A stretch of 64,000 nucleotides of DNA from Eremomyces bilateralis CBS 781.70. Lineage: Eukaryota. Numbering within the stretch: position 1 is the first letter of the stretch; every line of letters starts with the position of its first letter. The DNA lies in NCBI GenBank assembly GCA_010015585.1, contig ML975188.1. One strand, 5' to 3'. A program made the position numbers and the translations under genes. The notes beneath the pieces were generated by a model, which did not search any database, was not told the origin of the DNA, and saw only the letters and a program-made list of their open reading frames with translations. This document shows, piece by piece, positions 1 through 13,400 of the stretch.

Positions 1-38
1 ATATCGTTTCCAACGAGACAATCCTAACAATATATCAG

Positions 39-1338
39 ATTCTACGCGCCTTGGTGCGGACATTGCCAGAGCCTCAAGCCGGCATACGAAAAAGCGGCCA
101 AGAGCTTAGATGGCCTCGCCAAGGTCGCCTCGGTCAATTGCGACGCGGAAGAGAATAGGCCGCTCTGCGCTCGTTTTGACGTCAAAGGATTCCCGACTCT
201 CAAGATCATCAAACCGTCGAAGAAGCCAGGAAAACCCACGGTGGAGGATTATCAGGGCCCGCGGACTGCGAAAGGCATTACCGATATCGTTGTGGACAAG
301 ATCCCGAACCATGTCACAAGGGTCAAGGACAATGAGCTAGACGGCTGGCTCGATCAGGACAATAGTACGGCGAAGGCGATTCTCTTCACTGAGAAAGGCA
401 CGACGAGCGCATTGTTGCGTGCACTGGCCATTGACTTTTTGGGTAGCATCAATGTTGCGCAGATCAGAAACAAGGAGGAGAAGGCAGTGGAGGCGTTTGG
501 TATCGCCAAGTTTCCGAAGCTAGTTCTCCTCCCAGGGGGCGACAAGGAAAGTTTGGTTTACGATGGGGAGATGAAGAAGGAACCGATTTCGAAATTCCTT
601 TCTCAAGTCGCTACTCCGAATCCGGATCCTGCGCCTGCACCGGAGAAGGCGAAGAAGCCGAAGAAGGCTTCAAAGGCGAAATCAACCGAGTCGGATTCCT
701 CTGAAGAGGAAATTCCCCATGACAAGCCTCAAAAACCCATCATTCCGGACGAAGCGACTGAAGAGGCTTCCAGTGCCCCACTAGTCGTCGCCGGAGCCCC
801 AGAAATCCCCGAAGCCCAGGCTGGTGCCGACCTCCAAGCTGCTTGCCTCTCGACCAAATCCAAGGTGTGTGTTCTTGCCCTCCTGAACCAAAATTCGGAC
901 GGCGACGAGAGCGCATCACAACTACTTGGCAGCCTCAGCGACATTGCCTTCAAACATGTCCAGAGGAAGGCGAAAATCTTCCCATTCTACTCGGTCCCGT
1001 ATGGAGAAGAACAGGAGAAACTTCGAGAGCAGCTTGGTTTGAAGCCGAGCAGCGACCTCGATCTGATCGCGACGAATGGCAAGCGGTCGTGGCTCAAGCG
1101 ATACGGAGGCGAGAACTACGGCGTGATGGCGGTGGAGACCTGGATTGATGCAATTCGAATGGGAGAAGGAAAGAAGGAGAAGTTCCCTGAGGGTGTCATC
1201 GGGGTCGAAACCGTGGAGCCGGAACCGGAGGCACATCAGGAGGAGTCGCAACCGATCATTGACGATCAGGAGAACCCATTGAAGGTTGAGATCGTCGAAG
1301 AGATCATTGAAGAGACCTCTCAGCATGATGAGTTGTGA
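39..1338 (+). CDS. MPD1: Protein disulfide isomerase-related protein (MPD1/PrpA type), final exon; 5' part lies outside the window
   Basis: Intron 3' end (CTAAC...CAG at 36-38) is followed by FYAPWCGHCQSLKP (thioredoxin CGHC), in frame with ORF 241..1338. It also has the GFPTLK thioredoxin motif and ends in the ER-retention signal HDEL. Confidence 0.9.
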
Positions 1339-4300
1339 GACCTACGGACGTCTTTGGACTTTCCATGTACTATATGAATTCTAGGCGTTCCGCAACAGGC
1401 GATATTCGGAAATGTTTACCATTGAAGCGCTAGCATTTCATAGGAAACTCGGATTGACTTCGCACCTGCCTTCGCTTCCGAGGCGGAGTTGCCCGATATT
1501 AAGTGATTGAATCAAAATCTCTGGCATCGTGCATGGGAGTGGATCCGAACGAAAATTTCTGGACGTTCGAGACCGCAACGCGTGGGATTTCCGCTGCCTT
1601 GCGCGGGTGGTGAATTGATATCCAATAATCGTGTCCTGCTAGATTCACCTTACGTTATAGTGCCTGGCGATCAAATCTCTTCAGCAAGACCGTGTCAATG
1701 TGTTCTATCACCCACTGAGCAATGATGAAGTTGACGATCTCGAATACGTACAATCGTGAACCGCAAAGGAACAACCGTGTACATAACAAGCCGCACATGC
1801 GGCAGTACGACCGGAAGTACATTCTGGCCAATTGCTCTTCTACAAGCACTAGGCAGTATTTGTATAGCTTAGCCGTGAGAGTGTGAGACGTGGTGGTCGA
1901 CCGGTCATGGCAAACACAGGCGCAGAACTCTGCATACGGGACGGCACGAGACCTCTCTGCAGAGTCTCTGGTGCATTTTCTGGAATGCTTCAGCTTTCCT
2001 GCAGTGAAGGCCATCCATACGCATGGGAAAAGATCAGCCGTCTCAGACCGGCCGTACAATGTAAACTCGTCGGTTCTCCTTTGGTTCGACTGCATGCCGT
2101 TCGAACCAAGTGCTCGAGCAGTTCGGCAGATCATCCACCAACCACCATCCTCCACGCTTCCCACAATACACCTATAGGCGCATGCGCGGTAACGGACGCT
2201 ACCGACACACTTGACTAACATCGTGAATTCAATAAGCTGGAAGACTTGCTTAATATGACTCGCTGTTAACGTAACAAGCTGCACACATCTCCGCCAACTT
2301 CGGGCCACCGGGGTCGCCCTCGTGATGGCAAGATTCTTCCCTCATGCATTCCCCGGACCCCATGAATCGTCGCGAGCACGTATGAGAAAGCTCCACATCG
2401 TCCAGCACCCCTTGCATGGAAGTCCTTGTACCGGGACTTCCTCCAAGTACTTCTCAGCTTACGCGGTAGATCAAGGAAAGGGTGGATTCTAGGGAAATGC
2501 ACTTTGACGTGGCTCAGCCATCCGAAAATTGGAATCCTGGAATCAGTAGACCTCATGCGGAGTCAGTTGCGGCATCTCCGCCTCTTTGCGCTCACGGCTC
2601 CATTCACCATTGGCGATACGGCTTCAACATCGACCGGGACCCTTCTCCACATACGCAAGCTGTGACGCGCATCACCAGCTAGGTTGCTTCTCCAGTTCTC
2701 CTAGAGGGGTAGTCGACCCCGCACGCCGGATGTGCAAGTCTGCAAGTAATCGAAGACTTGGCGAAGCGGATGCCAGCTCCACCAGGCGCATTGAGTCGGA
2801 ATTCGAGAATCAACGAACGTTTCGTGTGGTGACGGCGGAATCAGACCGGCAAGAAATACCGGAGACATATGAACGGACTGAGGAAGTGGTTTTGTTCTTC
2901 AAGAATAAGCGGATTCTGGTGTGGGATGAGGTCCATCAACCCGCTATTAGTTAGCCAGACTTACGTTCCCTGTGAATATTACCCCAGAGTTTGAATTGGA
3001 TCGGCGCTGGTCGACGGAAGTCGGGTCAGGACCTTTGCAAGGTTCCTTGCGGTTATTCAATAGCACCTCTAGGCTCTCTTGTAACTTGTACCTGGTAGGA
3101 GGAGTGGGATATTTGTTGGAGTCCAAGAGCACTATGGAAAGGCGACTGCGGGGAATCCGATAGGAATGAAAGCCGAACCTTCATTTCCACATATACCTGA
3201 GATTAATGCCGTTATCCAAGCTCTTTAAGATTTAGACCCATTATTCAACAATGTAACGATGCACAAGGAACCCGTGGGATGTGTGCTAATAACTATGGCA
3301 CTTTCTACCAAGGCATTGCTCTAGGATTAGGATTTGGATGTCTCGAGGCGTCCGGGTCTCCAATAATCCAATTGAGTGTTCGTGACTTTTGCTGAACGGA
3401 TCAAAGTCGAAAGATGGACGACAGAGGACAAACCTAACGAAATGCACCATTATGGCCTACATCATCAATTTCAGATTAAACCATCAGCAGCAACAATCTG
3501 TCGGCGGTCACAATCTCACAATATTTTGGCCAATAGCACATGGATCACTACCACCCGTCTCACATCTCAAGTGCTCAGCCAGGCAAGCCCTTAGTATCGA
3601 TCGGGCGTAGTGTCCGGAATATGTATGTCAATTGTCATGAACCCAAGCTGGTTCTCCGGAGAAGTAGTCGAAGGAGCTCGTTAACTCAAAGTTCCGAATC
3701 CCGGGGAATCCCTCCTCGCCCCTCGTGAGTGGAGGACAGTGAGTCAATTCGCGTCGCTCTCGAATTTCCACGACGTGTCACTGGCTCGAGGCACGACTGG
3801 CCAGATGAGGCTTTGACCAGCCCCTCTCGCGAAACCCCCAGATTCTCCGGAACGAATGAGAATATACTGTGGGGTAATCGCCTCCTGATCTAGACCAGGG
3901 ATGCCAATATCGCAGAACGCAAGTCATATCAGCCGTGTCACCGGGAAATCGATGGGGGCGGCCAAGGGACTTTGGTGCTTTCGTACGAGGGCTTTGTTGG
4001 GGGTCTGGCCCAAGAAGAACGAGAGGGAAATGCAAATTTGCTGCCAGCCAGACCAGGCTCGAGTGGTTCAGGGCCTCCTTATACTGATACTGAGGTCATG
4101 TCTAACTGAAGTCTCCCTCATCATACGCCATCGGGTGGGGGTGATGGAGGTGGGAAAGTATCAACTATCACATCCGCAACTCCTCGTGGTCACCAGCCAA
4201 GGTGGCAAAAAAGATCACCAGGAAATTGCCCAGGCACCAGAGCGTTGAATTTCTACAAAAGCAAACATCACACCAACAAACCCGACTCCAGGGCGACGAG

Positions 4301-6856
4301 GAAGCAGGAGGAACCTAACACCATGCTCCCGGGACAGACTATCGCTCGAAGTCAAACACGCGGCGCACTTTGCTTTTGACGTTCATTCGTCTTTGTGGAA
4401 TGCTCCCCTTACTTCCTTGATCCTCGAGATACCGGTCTCACCCCAATTGACTGGTCATATTACATCCATTAGCTCGAAATTACCTACCTTAGTCAATCAC
4501 AAAAGGAAATATACTAGACTCTATACCGTGTAAGCTTCCTATGATCAAGGAAAGCGATAGCTTGTCAGTCGTCATACACACTACCATGCACTACCTGTTG
4601 CCGTGAGCCGTTGCGTCCGGATAGCTAATGTGGAGATCAGAATTGGGATAAAAGATCCTGCCACCTGTGACATTTCGGAACTCCAGCAAAATGGCCTGAG
4701 GTTGGGTTTATTGCGTAAGGCAAAACGTGGGGGTGGAGCCATTAATCAATCAATCAATCGGGGTATCTCCTGAGCCCTGAATCATTCCGCATCAAAGACA
4801 CAAATTTTGCTTGCTGATTGGAGAAAAAGGATCATGGCTTTGCTAACCGTGAAGCCCCCAAGGCTGGAATAGTCGAATACCTACTCGAATTAACATGGAT
4901 TTCTCCGTTTTCGCTTTCTCGGCCGATGTTGACCTCGCCCAAGAGTCACGATGGCACTTGAATTCAGCTTTTGGTCGATTCACGATGTGCTTCATGGACC
5001 CATGGGTAGCAACTAGCAACTGATGCCTTTAAAGTTTGAACCGGTGAGTAAATCTTAGGCAGGCGTTAAATATGCAGCAGCCATTTGGCAAGTTGCTAAG
5101 CCCCGAGTGGCCTTTCTACCCTGCGGAAAGTCACCGTTCGTCATCAACAGCGAGTCGACATCCTACGGCGGCCGTTTTAGCCACAAAATATCAGAGGACA
5201 TGCCTTACTCGGTACATACCATGTACGCAAAATATACACGACGAGGACCCCTTCGCACTATGATATTAGTGAGAGCATTCAAACAAAAAATTCAAAATGC
5301 TGACTACCCCATGAAGTTAACCATGGAATAATTGGAACCACATCCGCGGTCTAGAGGGGGTTTGATACGGCAAATCATTCCACTGCTCGACCCCACCCCC
5401 ACACGCTAACAGATGAGAACCAGGCAATTCGAGCGAACCTGAAATGTGGGCCTTTAATTTGGGCTTTGGGGCAAGAAAGGGATTGTCAGTTGGTCACTCT
5501 GCCGCGCTGCTGGTCGCAACCAGGAATTGGGTGCAGCGCTAATATCGACGCCAAAAACGGTCTGGGCGGAGGGAACTGGACCATTCACATTGCAGCCAGC
5601 AGCAATAGTGCCGTCTCTCCATCTTTTGTCATGCAGATCATCGTTGTCGCAACTAGCGAACTCACACCAAAGACTTCTCGCATCACACGGCGAAAACTTG
5701 GGTTGCAATCCGACGCGGGTTGCTCCATCGAAATCCTTCCAGATGCATTTGGACACCCTGATGTGAGTGATGCCTCGAACAGTCGAAAATAGCCGTCCGG
5801 GTGCACCGCCTTAACTCGCGTTACTCATGAGTCCCGACCCATCGCTGCCACCTTCTACTACGTATGGTTGGTGGAAAGGCCGCGTGTGGAGCAGATTCTT
5901 CGCCTGAATCCGCGCTTTCAATGCAACTATGCAAGGCATCGTGATGCAAGCATGGTCAATGATGCCGTCACGCTGACTTCACACCGTTTTCGGAACACTG
6001 CCTTTCAAGTTTCAAATGCGTGCCTCGCGGTCGGGGAAGCGAGAAGGAACCAGTGCTAAAGTTAGGGATGCCACGCCAGTAGCTACCAACGAACACGGAA
6101 GCAAACTGGCCCGCTGGATTGCTCGGTTTTATGTTCAAATGGGCAAGGGGGTGTATGGCAGTCATCGGTCTGATTTCATCTGTTGTCCTTTCTCCAGTCT
6201 ATCGTGAGGCAGTAAGGCGTCATCTCAACCCAATCCTTTTCACAGCATTGGATGGTTATCGGTCACCATGCCCACGAGACAATCATTAGCAAAAGCAAAT
6301 CCTTCAGGTCCATGGTTACCGGTATTTGCAGCGGAGAACCGGATCACCATCAGGCCATGGTATCATCTCCCCTCCATAGGCCGGTCGGCCGGCTGGGGCA
6401 ACAGTGAATCACGAAGAGGTCGTCTCCACCAGCGAATCACATCCCATTTGCAGCCAGCGCAAACGGCAGTGTTACGGCACACTTTTCCCTCATCCCACGC
6501 CGAGTCCTCCCCAGTACCCGTCCCATAATACCGATTAACTATTCAAAATTTCCCGCATCCTGGTCATAGTGGTTTTGTTCCTGGCATCATTAGCCTTGAT
6601 CGCCGCCCTCCTTGGCGGTTGGCGCACGAATGCACGATACTCGCTGGAACTTTGCCTCATCACCCTCCACATCTCCGCCTCGCCATGCCTGTCATCGGTC
6701 GCCTGGGTCCAAACGGCCATCATGATATTACAGGCTGGACTAGCAATGTACTGTGACTTACGTGACTACCGTCCCTAGTACTTCTGGATGGTCAGCTGAA
6801 CCCCCACACTTTCAACGTCACGCGGTTGTTGAGCCGCTCTGGAGCACAAAGTCCAT

Positions 6857-6863
6857 TATATAA
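6857..6863 (+). promoter_or_regulatory. Putative TATA box of the aldolase gene
   Basis: TATATAA about 170 nt upstream of ATG 7028, followed by a pyrimidine-rich leader. Confidence 0.5.
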
Positions 6864-7027
6864 GGCAGTTCCAGCCATTCCCTTCGTCGAACAGATCCGT
6901 GCCATTCCGTACTTTTTTACTCGTTTCCATATCGGCGTCTACTCTTTTTGAGTCAATTCTAGATTTCCTGTCATCAAACAAGTTTCCTTGGCCTGTTATT
7001 CAAACGCCTTCCCATCCACTGACTACC

Positions 7028-8128
7028 ATGGCTCCCCACAAGAGCGATTCACCAGCGGGCAGCTACACAGATTCCTTCTCCGCTATGTCTCTTATGAGCA
7101 GCTCGGTGAACCGCACGCAATACATGCGCGATCCTATTCAGGATGGGTTTGAGACCAGTTCAGTGGAATCAAACGACATGGAAATCCGTCGCCCGCTCAT
7201 GCCAGGCATCTACGTTCCTACGGTTACCTTCTTCAAACCAATCACAGAAGATCTGGACTTGGAGACGATAGCGAGCCATGCTGTCCGCCTTGCGGAAGCT
7301 GGGGTTGCTGGCTTGACGACGCAGGGTTCCAACGGAGAAGCGGTTCACCTATCTCATCGTGAACGGGATCGAGTCACCATCGCTACTCGCAAATCATTAG
7401 ATGATGCTGGCTTCGGATTCATGCCCATCATTGTCGGTTGCGGCTCTCAATCAACACGGGAGACAATTGAGTTGTGCCATGAAGCCCAGGCAGCTGGTGG
7501 CGATTACGCGCTTGTCCTTCCACCAGCCTATTATAAGGGGCTCTTCAACCAAGACTCCGTCATGACGTTTTTCCGTGACGTCGCCAGTGCCTCCCCCATC
7601 CCTATCCTGATCTACAACTACCCCGGTGCCGTTTCCGGGATCGACCTGTCCTCGGATGCCATCATTGAGCTCGCGAAGCATCCGAACGTCGTCGGCTGCA
7701 AGCTCACGTGCGGCAACACCGGGAAACTGAACCGCATCGCTGCCGCCACTCGCGCCGCCACAATCCCCGAGGCCGGGTCGGGCTTCATGTGCATGGGCGG
7801 CTCTGCCGATTTCATCCTCCAAACCTTCGTCGGCGGCGGATCCGGATGCATCGGCGGTCTCGCCAACGTGGCGCCGAAGGCCTGCGTCAAGCTGGTCCAG
7901 CTGTATGAGGAGGGGAACTTCAAGGAGGCGCGGAAGCTGCAGGCCATCGTGGCACGCGGGGACTGGGCGGCCATCCAAGGCGGTTTGGTCGGTACCAAAT
8001 GCGCGATGCAAGCCCATTTCGGGTACGGGGGGTTCGCGCGGAAGCCGTTGCCAAAACCGACCAAGGACGAGGTCAGGCGATGGAGAGAGGGCTTTCAAGA
8101 ATTGGTGGACTTGGAAAAGTCGTTGTGA
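7028..8128 (+). CDS. Dihydrodipicolinate synthase (DHDPS/NAL) family class I aldolase, related to fungal L-threo-3-deoxy-hexulosonate aldolase (LGA1/GaaC) and HOG aldolase
   Basis: Motifs PGIYVPTVTFF, GSNGEAVHL, IYNYPG and the Schiff-base Lys in NVVGCKLT. Intronless; ATG in ACCATGG context. Confidence 0.88.
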   Translation: MAPHKSDSPAGSYTDSFSAMSLMSSSVNRTQYMRDPIQDGFETSSVESNDMEIRRPLMPGIYVPTVTFFKPITEDLDLETIASHAVRLAEAGVAGLTTQGSNGEAVHLSHRERDRVTIATRKSLDDAGFGFMPIIVGCGSQSTRETIELCHEAQAAGGDYALVLPPAYYKGLFNQDSVMTFFRDVASASPIPILIYNYPGAVSGIDLSSDAIIELAKHPNVVGCKLTCGNTGKLNRIAAATRAATIPEAGSGFMCMGGSADFILQTFVGGGSGCIGGLANVAPKACVKLVQLYEEGNFKEARKLQAIVARGDWAAIQGGLVGTKCAMQAHFGYGGFARKPLPKPTKDEVRRWREGFQELVDLEKSL

Positions 8129-10408
8129 TGGGTTGGATCAAGCCCATTTGACTGGAGAAAGCATCTGCAGCACGCGATTGCTCTCCATTTTCTTTCGACT
8201 GTCTTACCTGCAGTAATTTTCGATCGTCTGGATTAGCGCACCGATGCATATTCCTCGACCTTTCACGTTGACATGCGATTTTGCACTGGCGTTTTGAGGC
8301 ACCCTGCATTTCACGGCGTCATTTTGGAGATTTTCCCGATTTTTTGTCACCCGACCAAATTGAAGAAGGGGCATGGTTCTAGTCCCATTCACTATCGCCT
8401 AACCAGCTTCCGAGCAGGTGGCTTTCGGAATGGGACAAAGCAAAAACGAGGCGGCCTCCCTCATATTGCTTTTTTCTGTCTCACCTTTCCCGTTTCCACC
8501 AATGGTTTTGCGGCGGATCTTCCCCCCTCAGTCCTCTCCCGCTTCGGTTCGTTTCTGTAAATACTCGCGTGCATGTCTCATCACTCATGGGTCCTTTTCG
8601 CTTCGTTGGGCAGTGGACAATGCGGCTATGGATGCGGCTAAAAAGCAAGCGGTGCCTATCAAGAGCATGATGGCTTATGGCACCACTAATGTCTTTCATT
8701 TCGAGCTTCCACCGAAGATTTCGACTTTCTTTCACTTATGGCAGCGGGTTAACCGAGTCCAGTGGGCGGCATCGTGAGCAAGTTTTGTCAACTGCTTTAT
8801 TGTTTTGATTTTCATTCCCGTAAAGGGAACGCTACGGCGAAAGCGGGCAACATTGAGCAAAAATGCATTGGGAGTTATGGCATCTGGGCATTGAGTGAAT
8901 ATATCCGTCCGCGGGACTGGGTAGGAAGTTAATAGTTTCTAAGTTCAATGGAATCGATATTTGTCTCACACATTGCTTCCCTATCTTGCCGCACGTTCGC
9001 CCCTGTGCCTTTCTGACCTTGGAAGTGGGAATGCAAGTAGGCGTGGGCCACAAGAAGTTGATCGGCGCTTGGGGCTTGGATTCCTCGTATCAACGATACT
9101 ATCGAAAAGATCCATTCGCGCCGACCCCGGCATATCAAAGCCCTGCAACCATCCACACCACATAATTCTTGACGTTGCCAGATCAGGTTTTATGAAGCTT
9201 TGCCCTCGCCAGCATCGAGTCCAACCGGATCGCGACCTCGTACCTACGTAGAACAATTAGGAACTTCCGCGGAGCCATGTTCCGCATACGGCGTATCAGT
9301 AATACGTGAGGTGTAATCCGTAATCGGAACAGGCTTGGACCATCCTCTTATCTCCTGCACGGGAACGGGACTTCCCTCTATCTTCGCCAGACTATCTTAT
9401 TAGCCAGAACCATGGCCGTTTCCGACGTTCGGAGACTTCACCGACTTGGTTTTTCGGTACGTGCGTGCATGTCATGGCCATGGCGAAGGAATAGGCCCCA
9501 ACATCGAATTTCAAACCAGCTCATCTGCGCTCAGCTGTCAATCTTGCTGATTGTCCATCGACCATAGATGTTCAGTCGAGGCAGGCAGGGAGGCCCAAAA
9601 CCGGCCACACTAAATCCATGCTGCGCCACACTTCATCTCAACTACGTTCAGTTCCCACCCTCTGACGTCGGCGGCTTCTGAGAGTCCTCATCCATTATCG
9701 AAATCTCACGCTCAATCGATCAGCAACATGTAGACTCTATTAAGCGATGTTTGTTTTCCTTCGAGGTTCTATCTCGCGTGCGCATTATTCACATTTGGTC
9801 CATGGTTCCGTTCCCGGGTTAGATTCCAAGGGGTTCCGGTATAAGCGAAACGTGTCACGGTGCCACGAATCACGGTATCGAGCAGGAAAGAATCAAGTAT
9901 CGCATGCTATTGTACTCTATACCATATCCACTGTCGTCTCATACATACATGGGTATCCCCTTCAGAAGCCACTAACTATTCTGCCCACCAGAATGCAACG
10001 CATTGAACCGGCCGCCATAATAGTCACCAGCGCGATGTGATCGACCGCCGCTCATGCCCGGGCCTCAAGCGATGCCCCGAAAATACAAAAAAAAGCAATA
10101 TGTTCCCATACTCCGCCTTGCTATCATCTATCCCAATTCAATTCGTACAATGCTAGCCGCATGCTAGCCGAACCCTCGCGCGGTTCCCGCAACCAAAGCC
10201 AAAGATTTTTCGATACTCCCAATGCGTGGTGCCCATGAAAATGCAAGAAACATGCCGCGATGATGGCGCGAAGAAAAATATGGTGAGGTGCGGAGAAAGG
10301 GGAAAACCACCACTCGAACAAATGCTGATGATGGACCGAAAACTCCGACGGATGATATGCGGATAGCATGCCGATTCACAAACGTCCGTCCCTTCATTTC
10401 CATGTCCC

Positions 10409-13400
10409 TCACGACAGCAAATTCTTCAAACTCGGACTCGCGCTCGCCCCGACCGTCGCCCGGTCCCTCGGCACCTCTCGTTGCTCGCGCTCCCGCTCCA
10501 CAATGCCATCCCTCGGCGTCTCCGGCCTCCCAACGCTTGATAGAGGAGGCCCGAGTTGCATCGCGACGGGGCTACCGGCCGCGTGCGCCAGCGGCGGGAG
10601 ATGAGTGGCGCCGGGGGTGTGGTCACGCGGGAGGGGAGCGCTGGTGATGGCGGAGGTGGGGGGGGAGTGGCTGTGATAGTGGTGAGGGTTGGAAGTGGGG
10701 AGGCCGTTGGAGAGGTTAGGGAGGTGAGAGGGCGGGCCGTGGTGGAGTGGTGGAGCGTGCGAATGGTGGGGGTGGGGCCCCGGGCCGTAGCTTTGATAGC
10801 TGTAAGGATGGCCGGTGGGTGCGGCGCTCATGTGTGGCGGTGGGGCGCCGGTGTGGACGGGGTAGCCGGGGGCGTAGGGGTTGGTGGAAGGCGCGCCGGG
10901 TAGATGAGGGTAATGTGGGTAGTTGGCCTGGTGTGGTGGCGGGAGTCCCTGCCCTTGAGGAGGGCCGCTATGAGGAGCCGGTGCCATCGCGGCGCTCACG
11001 GGCGGTGGAGGTGGCGGTGGCCATGCGTTGGGAGCTCCCAGTGGAGGGAGCCCGGGTCGCCAGCCGGCATCGACGGGGGGAGGAAGTGTGGGTGCCTGGG
11101 GCGAGCGCACAGAGCGTTCACGAGACGATCGAGGAGGCTCGGAGTCGCGGGGCACGATTGGCGGGTCCGGGTCGTTCAGGCGCTTCCAGTTGCACTTGGA
11201 GCACATATACTTGGCCGGTGCGGTTTCGGGGTGGAAGCCGTTCGTCATGGCAGCACCATTTGCAGCCGCGTCGCCGTTTTGACGCGGTTCCTCTTTGACG
11301 CCGTTGGCCAGCATATGATCCACGGCCATCGAGGAGGACGACGGGCGATTCGAATGCTGAGGCAGCATGGAGGGCTTGACCCGGATCCAAGTGGGCGATG
11401 TATCCACCTTGCAGATGCAACATCGTCGCTCTTCGACGGCGGGACTAGTTCGCAAAACCGGGCTCTCCAAGTCGCTGATTCCGTGGATCGAGGAACGGGA
11501 CCCTCGATGAGCCGTGGAAATCCGACGCCCAAGTACCGGAGCGGGCTCTCTGCCCGCCGCACGCGCATGGGCCACTTCTTGCTCGTCCCAGACCGCGAGT
11601 CGTTTGGTCGATTCATCCAGCAGGGTGGCCTTTCTTGCCGTGCCGGAAAGCGTGAGGTCAGCCTGCTTGTAATTCCGAGCGTAGACTTGCAGCGCGTTGA
11701 GCTCCGAGTCCCAGGTGAGAACCGACTCGTTGGGCCCGTGAACCTTCGCGTATTTCGTGTCCTTTAGCCAATGCGTTTTGCAGATGACGACCGCGCTTGC
11801 CGTTCCAGTCTCAGTAGTGTTATAGAGCGGATCCTCGTCTTCGACACCGAGCGTGACGACGGTCACGTCTTTCCTCGTCGCCTTGGTCGGGTGGATATCG
11901 AACGTGAAGGTGTAATCCGCCTTGTTCGCGCAGCCGACGTGAAAGCTGGCACGGCAGATGGGGCAGTCCACGCACGCGCCGCGGTTCGATTTTTTGCAGA
12001 TCGTGCACGTCTTCCGGTACTTCTCGGGAGGGATGAGCGGGATCCCTTCGGCAATCTCGAGCTCTTTCGCGTTGCTAAACCGCACTTCGGGCATCCACAC
12101 CGCGCACTTGACGTGCACCCAGTTGTTGTCCGCGGTGCGCTTCAGCGGCTCGCGGGGGAAAAGAGGTCGGCCGTTCTGTCGCTGCTGGAGTTTGTAATCC
12201 TCCGCCAATTTGAGGGTCAGTTCCCGCTCTAGCCGTTCTTTCTCGCGATCGCGATCCGTCTTCTTCTTGTGGGACACCCTCGGTTGCTCCACGAGTTCCA
12301 CTTCGGTTTCAGTGATTGGGCACAGCACGCACTCATAGCTCTGCATGGGAATTAGCAACATATCAAAAAAATTTCGTACACGCTACTCACGTATGAAGTC
12401 GTCTCCTTGCCAGGCCGGTCGTTGGCGCACATATCACAGATCCACCACGCCCCCGTGCCTCTCGGCTCGAAGATCCCATAGCAGTTCCGATGCACATGCA
12501 GGCGGCAATGCGCGCACACAAGCAACGGTTCCGGCTCCTTTGCGCCGGGTCTCTCGAATAGCTTGCACACGGTACACGGCAGCTCCTTCATCTTTGGCTG
12601 CGCCGGAATCAATGGAGGTGTCGGCTGGCGCGGCGGAGGCGGTGGCGCGGGCTTCGGTTTCTCTTTCTCGGCCGGTTTGGCTGCCGCTGCGGCCTCCTTG
12701 TCCACCGCCTTGCCCTTCTTCTTCGTTTCGGCAAGAGGTGCCACAGCGGGTGGCGCATCGGGCATGTCGATGTCTTCGTCGACTCCCGGGCTCTCCTGCG
12801 CCAACTTCCACTCCTGGAGCAGCTCCTCGTCGATCCGCCGTTTCCACGCGCGGCCGCCCCCTTGCGCGACTTTCCGGCCGATCTCTTCCGCCTCTTCCCA
12901 TTTGACGGCATACTTGCGCCAGAGGTTCGCGCATCGGAAGCAAAGCGCAACGACCTGCGGCGGGGACTTTTCCTTCGCTTTGCCGTTCTCCGCTTGGATG
13001 ATGGAGCCCGGAGCGACGCCGGGCGCGCGACGCCATTGCCGGGATTTGGTGGTGTTGCAGTGCTTGCATTTGAAACCGCGCTTTTTCTTCGCGGCCTTTT
13101 CGCTGTCGAACGCGGAGTCGTCGACGTCGTCGGCGACGTCGTCCAGGAGGCGGGAAGCGGTGTTGGCTTCCACCTTCTTCTTCGTCCCTTTGCGCCCACC
13201 AAAAGTACCCCAAATCTTCCGGCCCTCGGGCGATTTCTTGAAGACGATGTACCAGTAGCGGACGACGGCGCCGTGCTTCTCGATCTTCGCGTGAATCCGG
13301 ACGTTTCGGAGTTCGGAGCCATACTTCGCGACTCCTTCTGCGAAACGCTTCTGCTCGTCGGAGGTGAGGACACGCTTGGGGTCCCGCAAGTCCTTCTTCG

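Noticed and set aside
8495..8503. TCCACCAAT matching the GaaR galacturonate-response element near the GaaC-like aldolase
   Set aside because: It lies downstream of the gene and I saw none upstream, so it does not support calling the gene gaaC.
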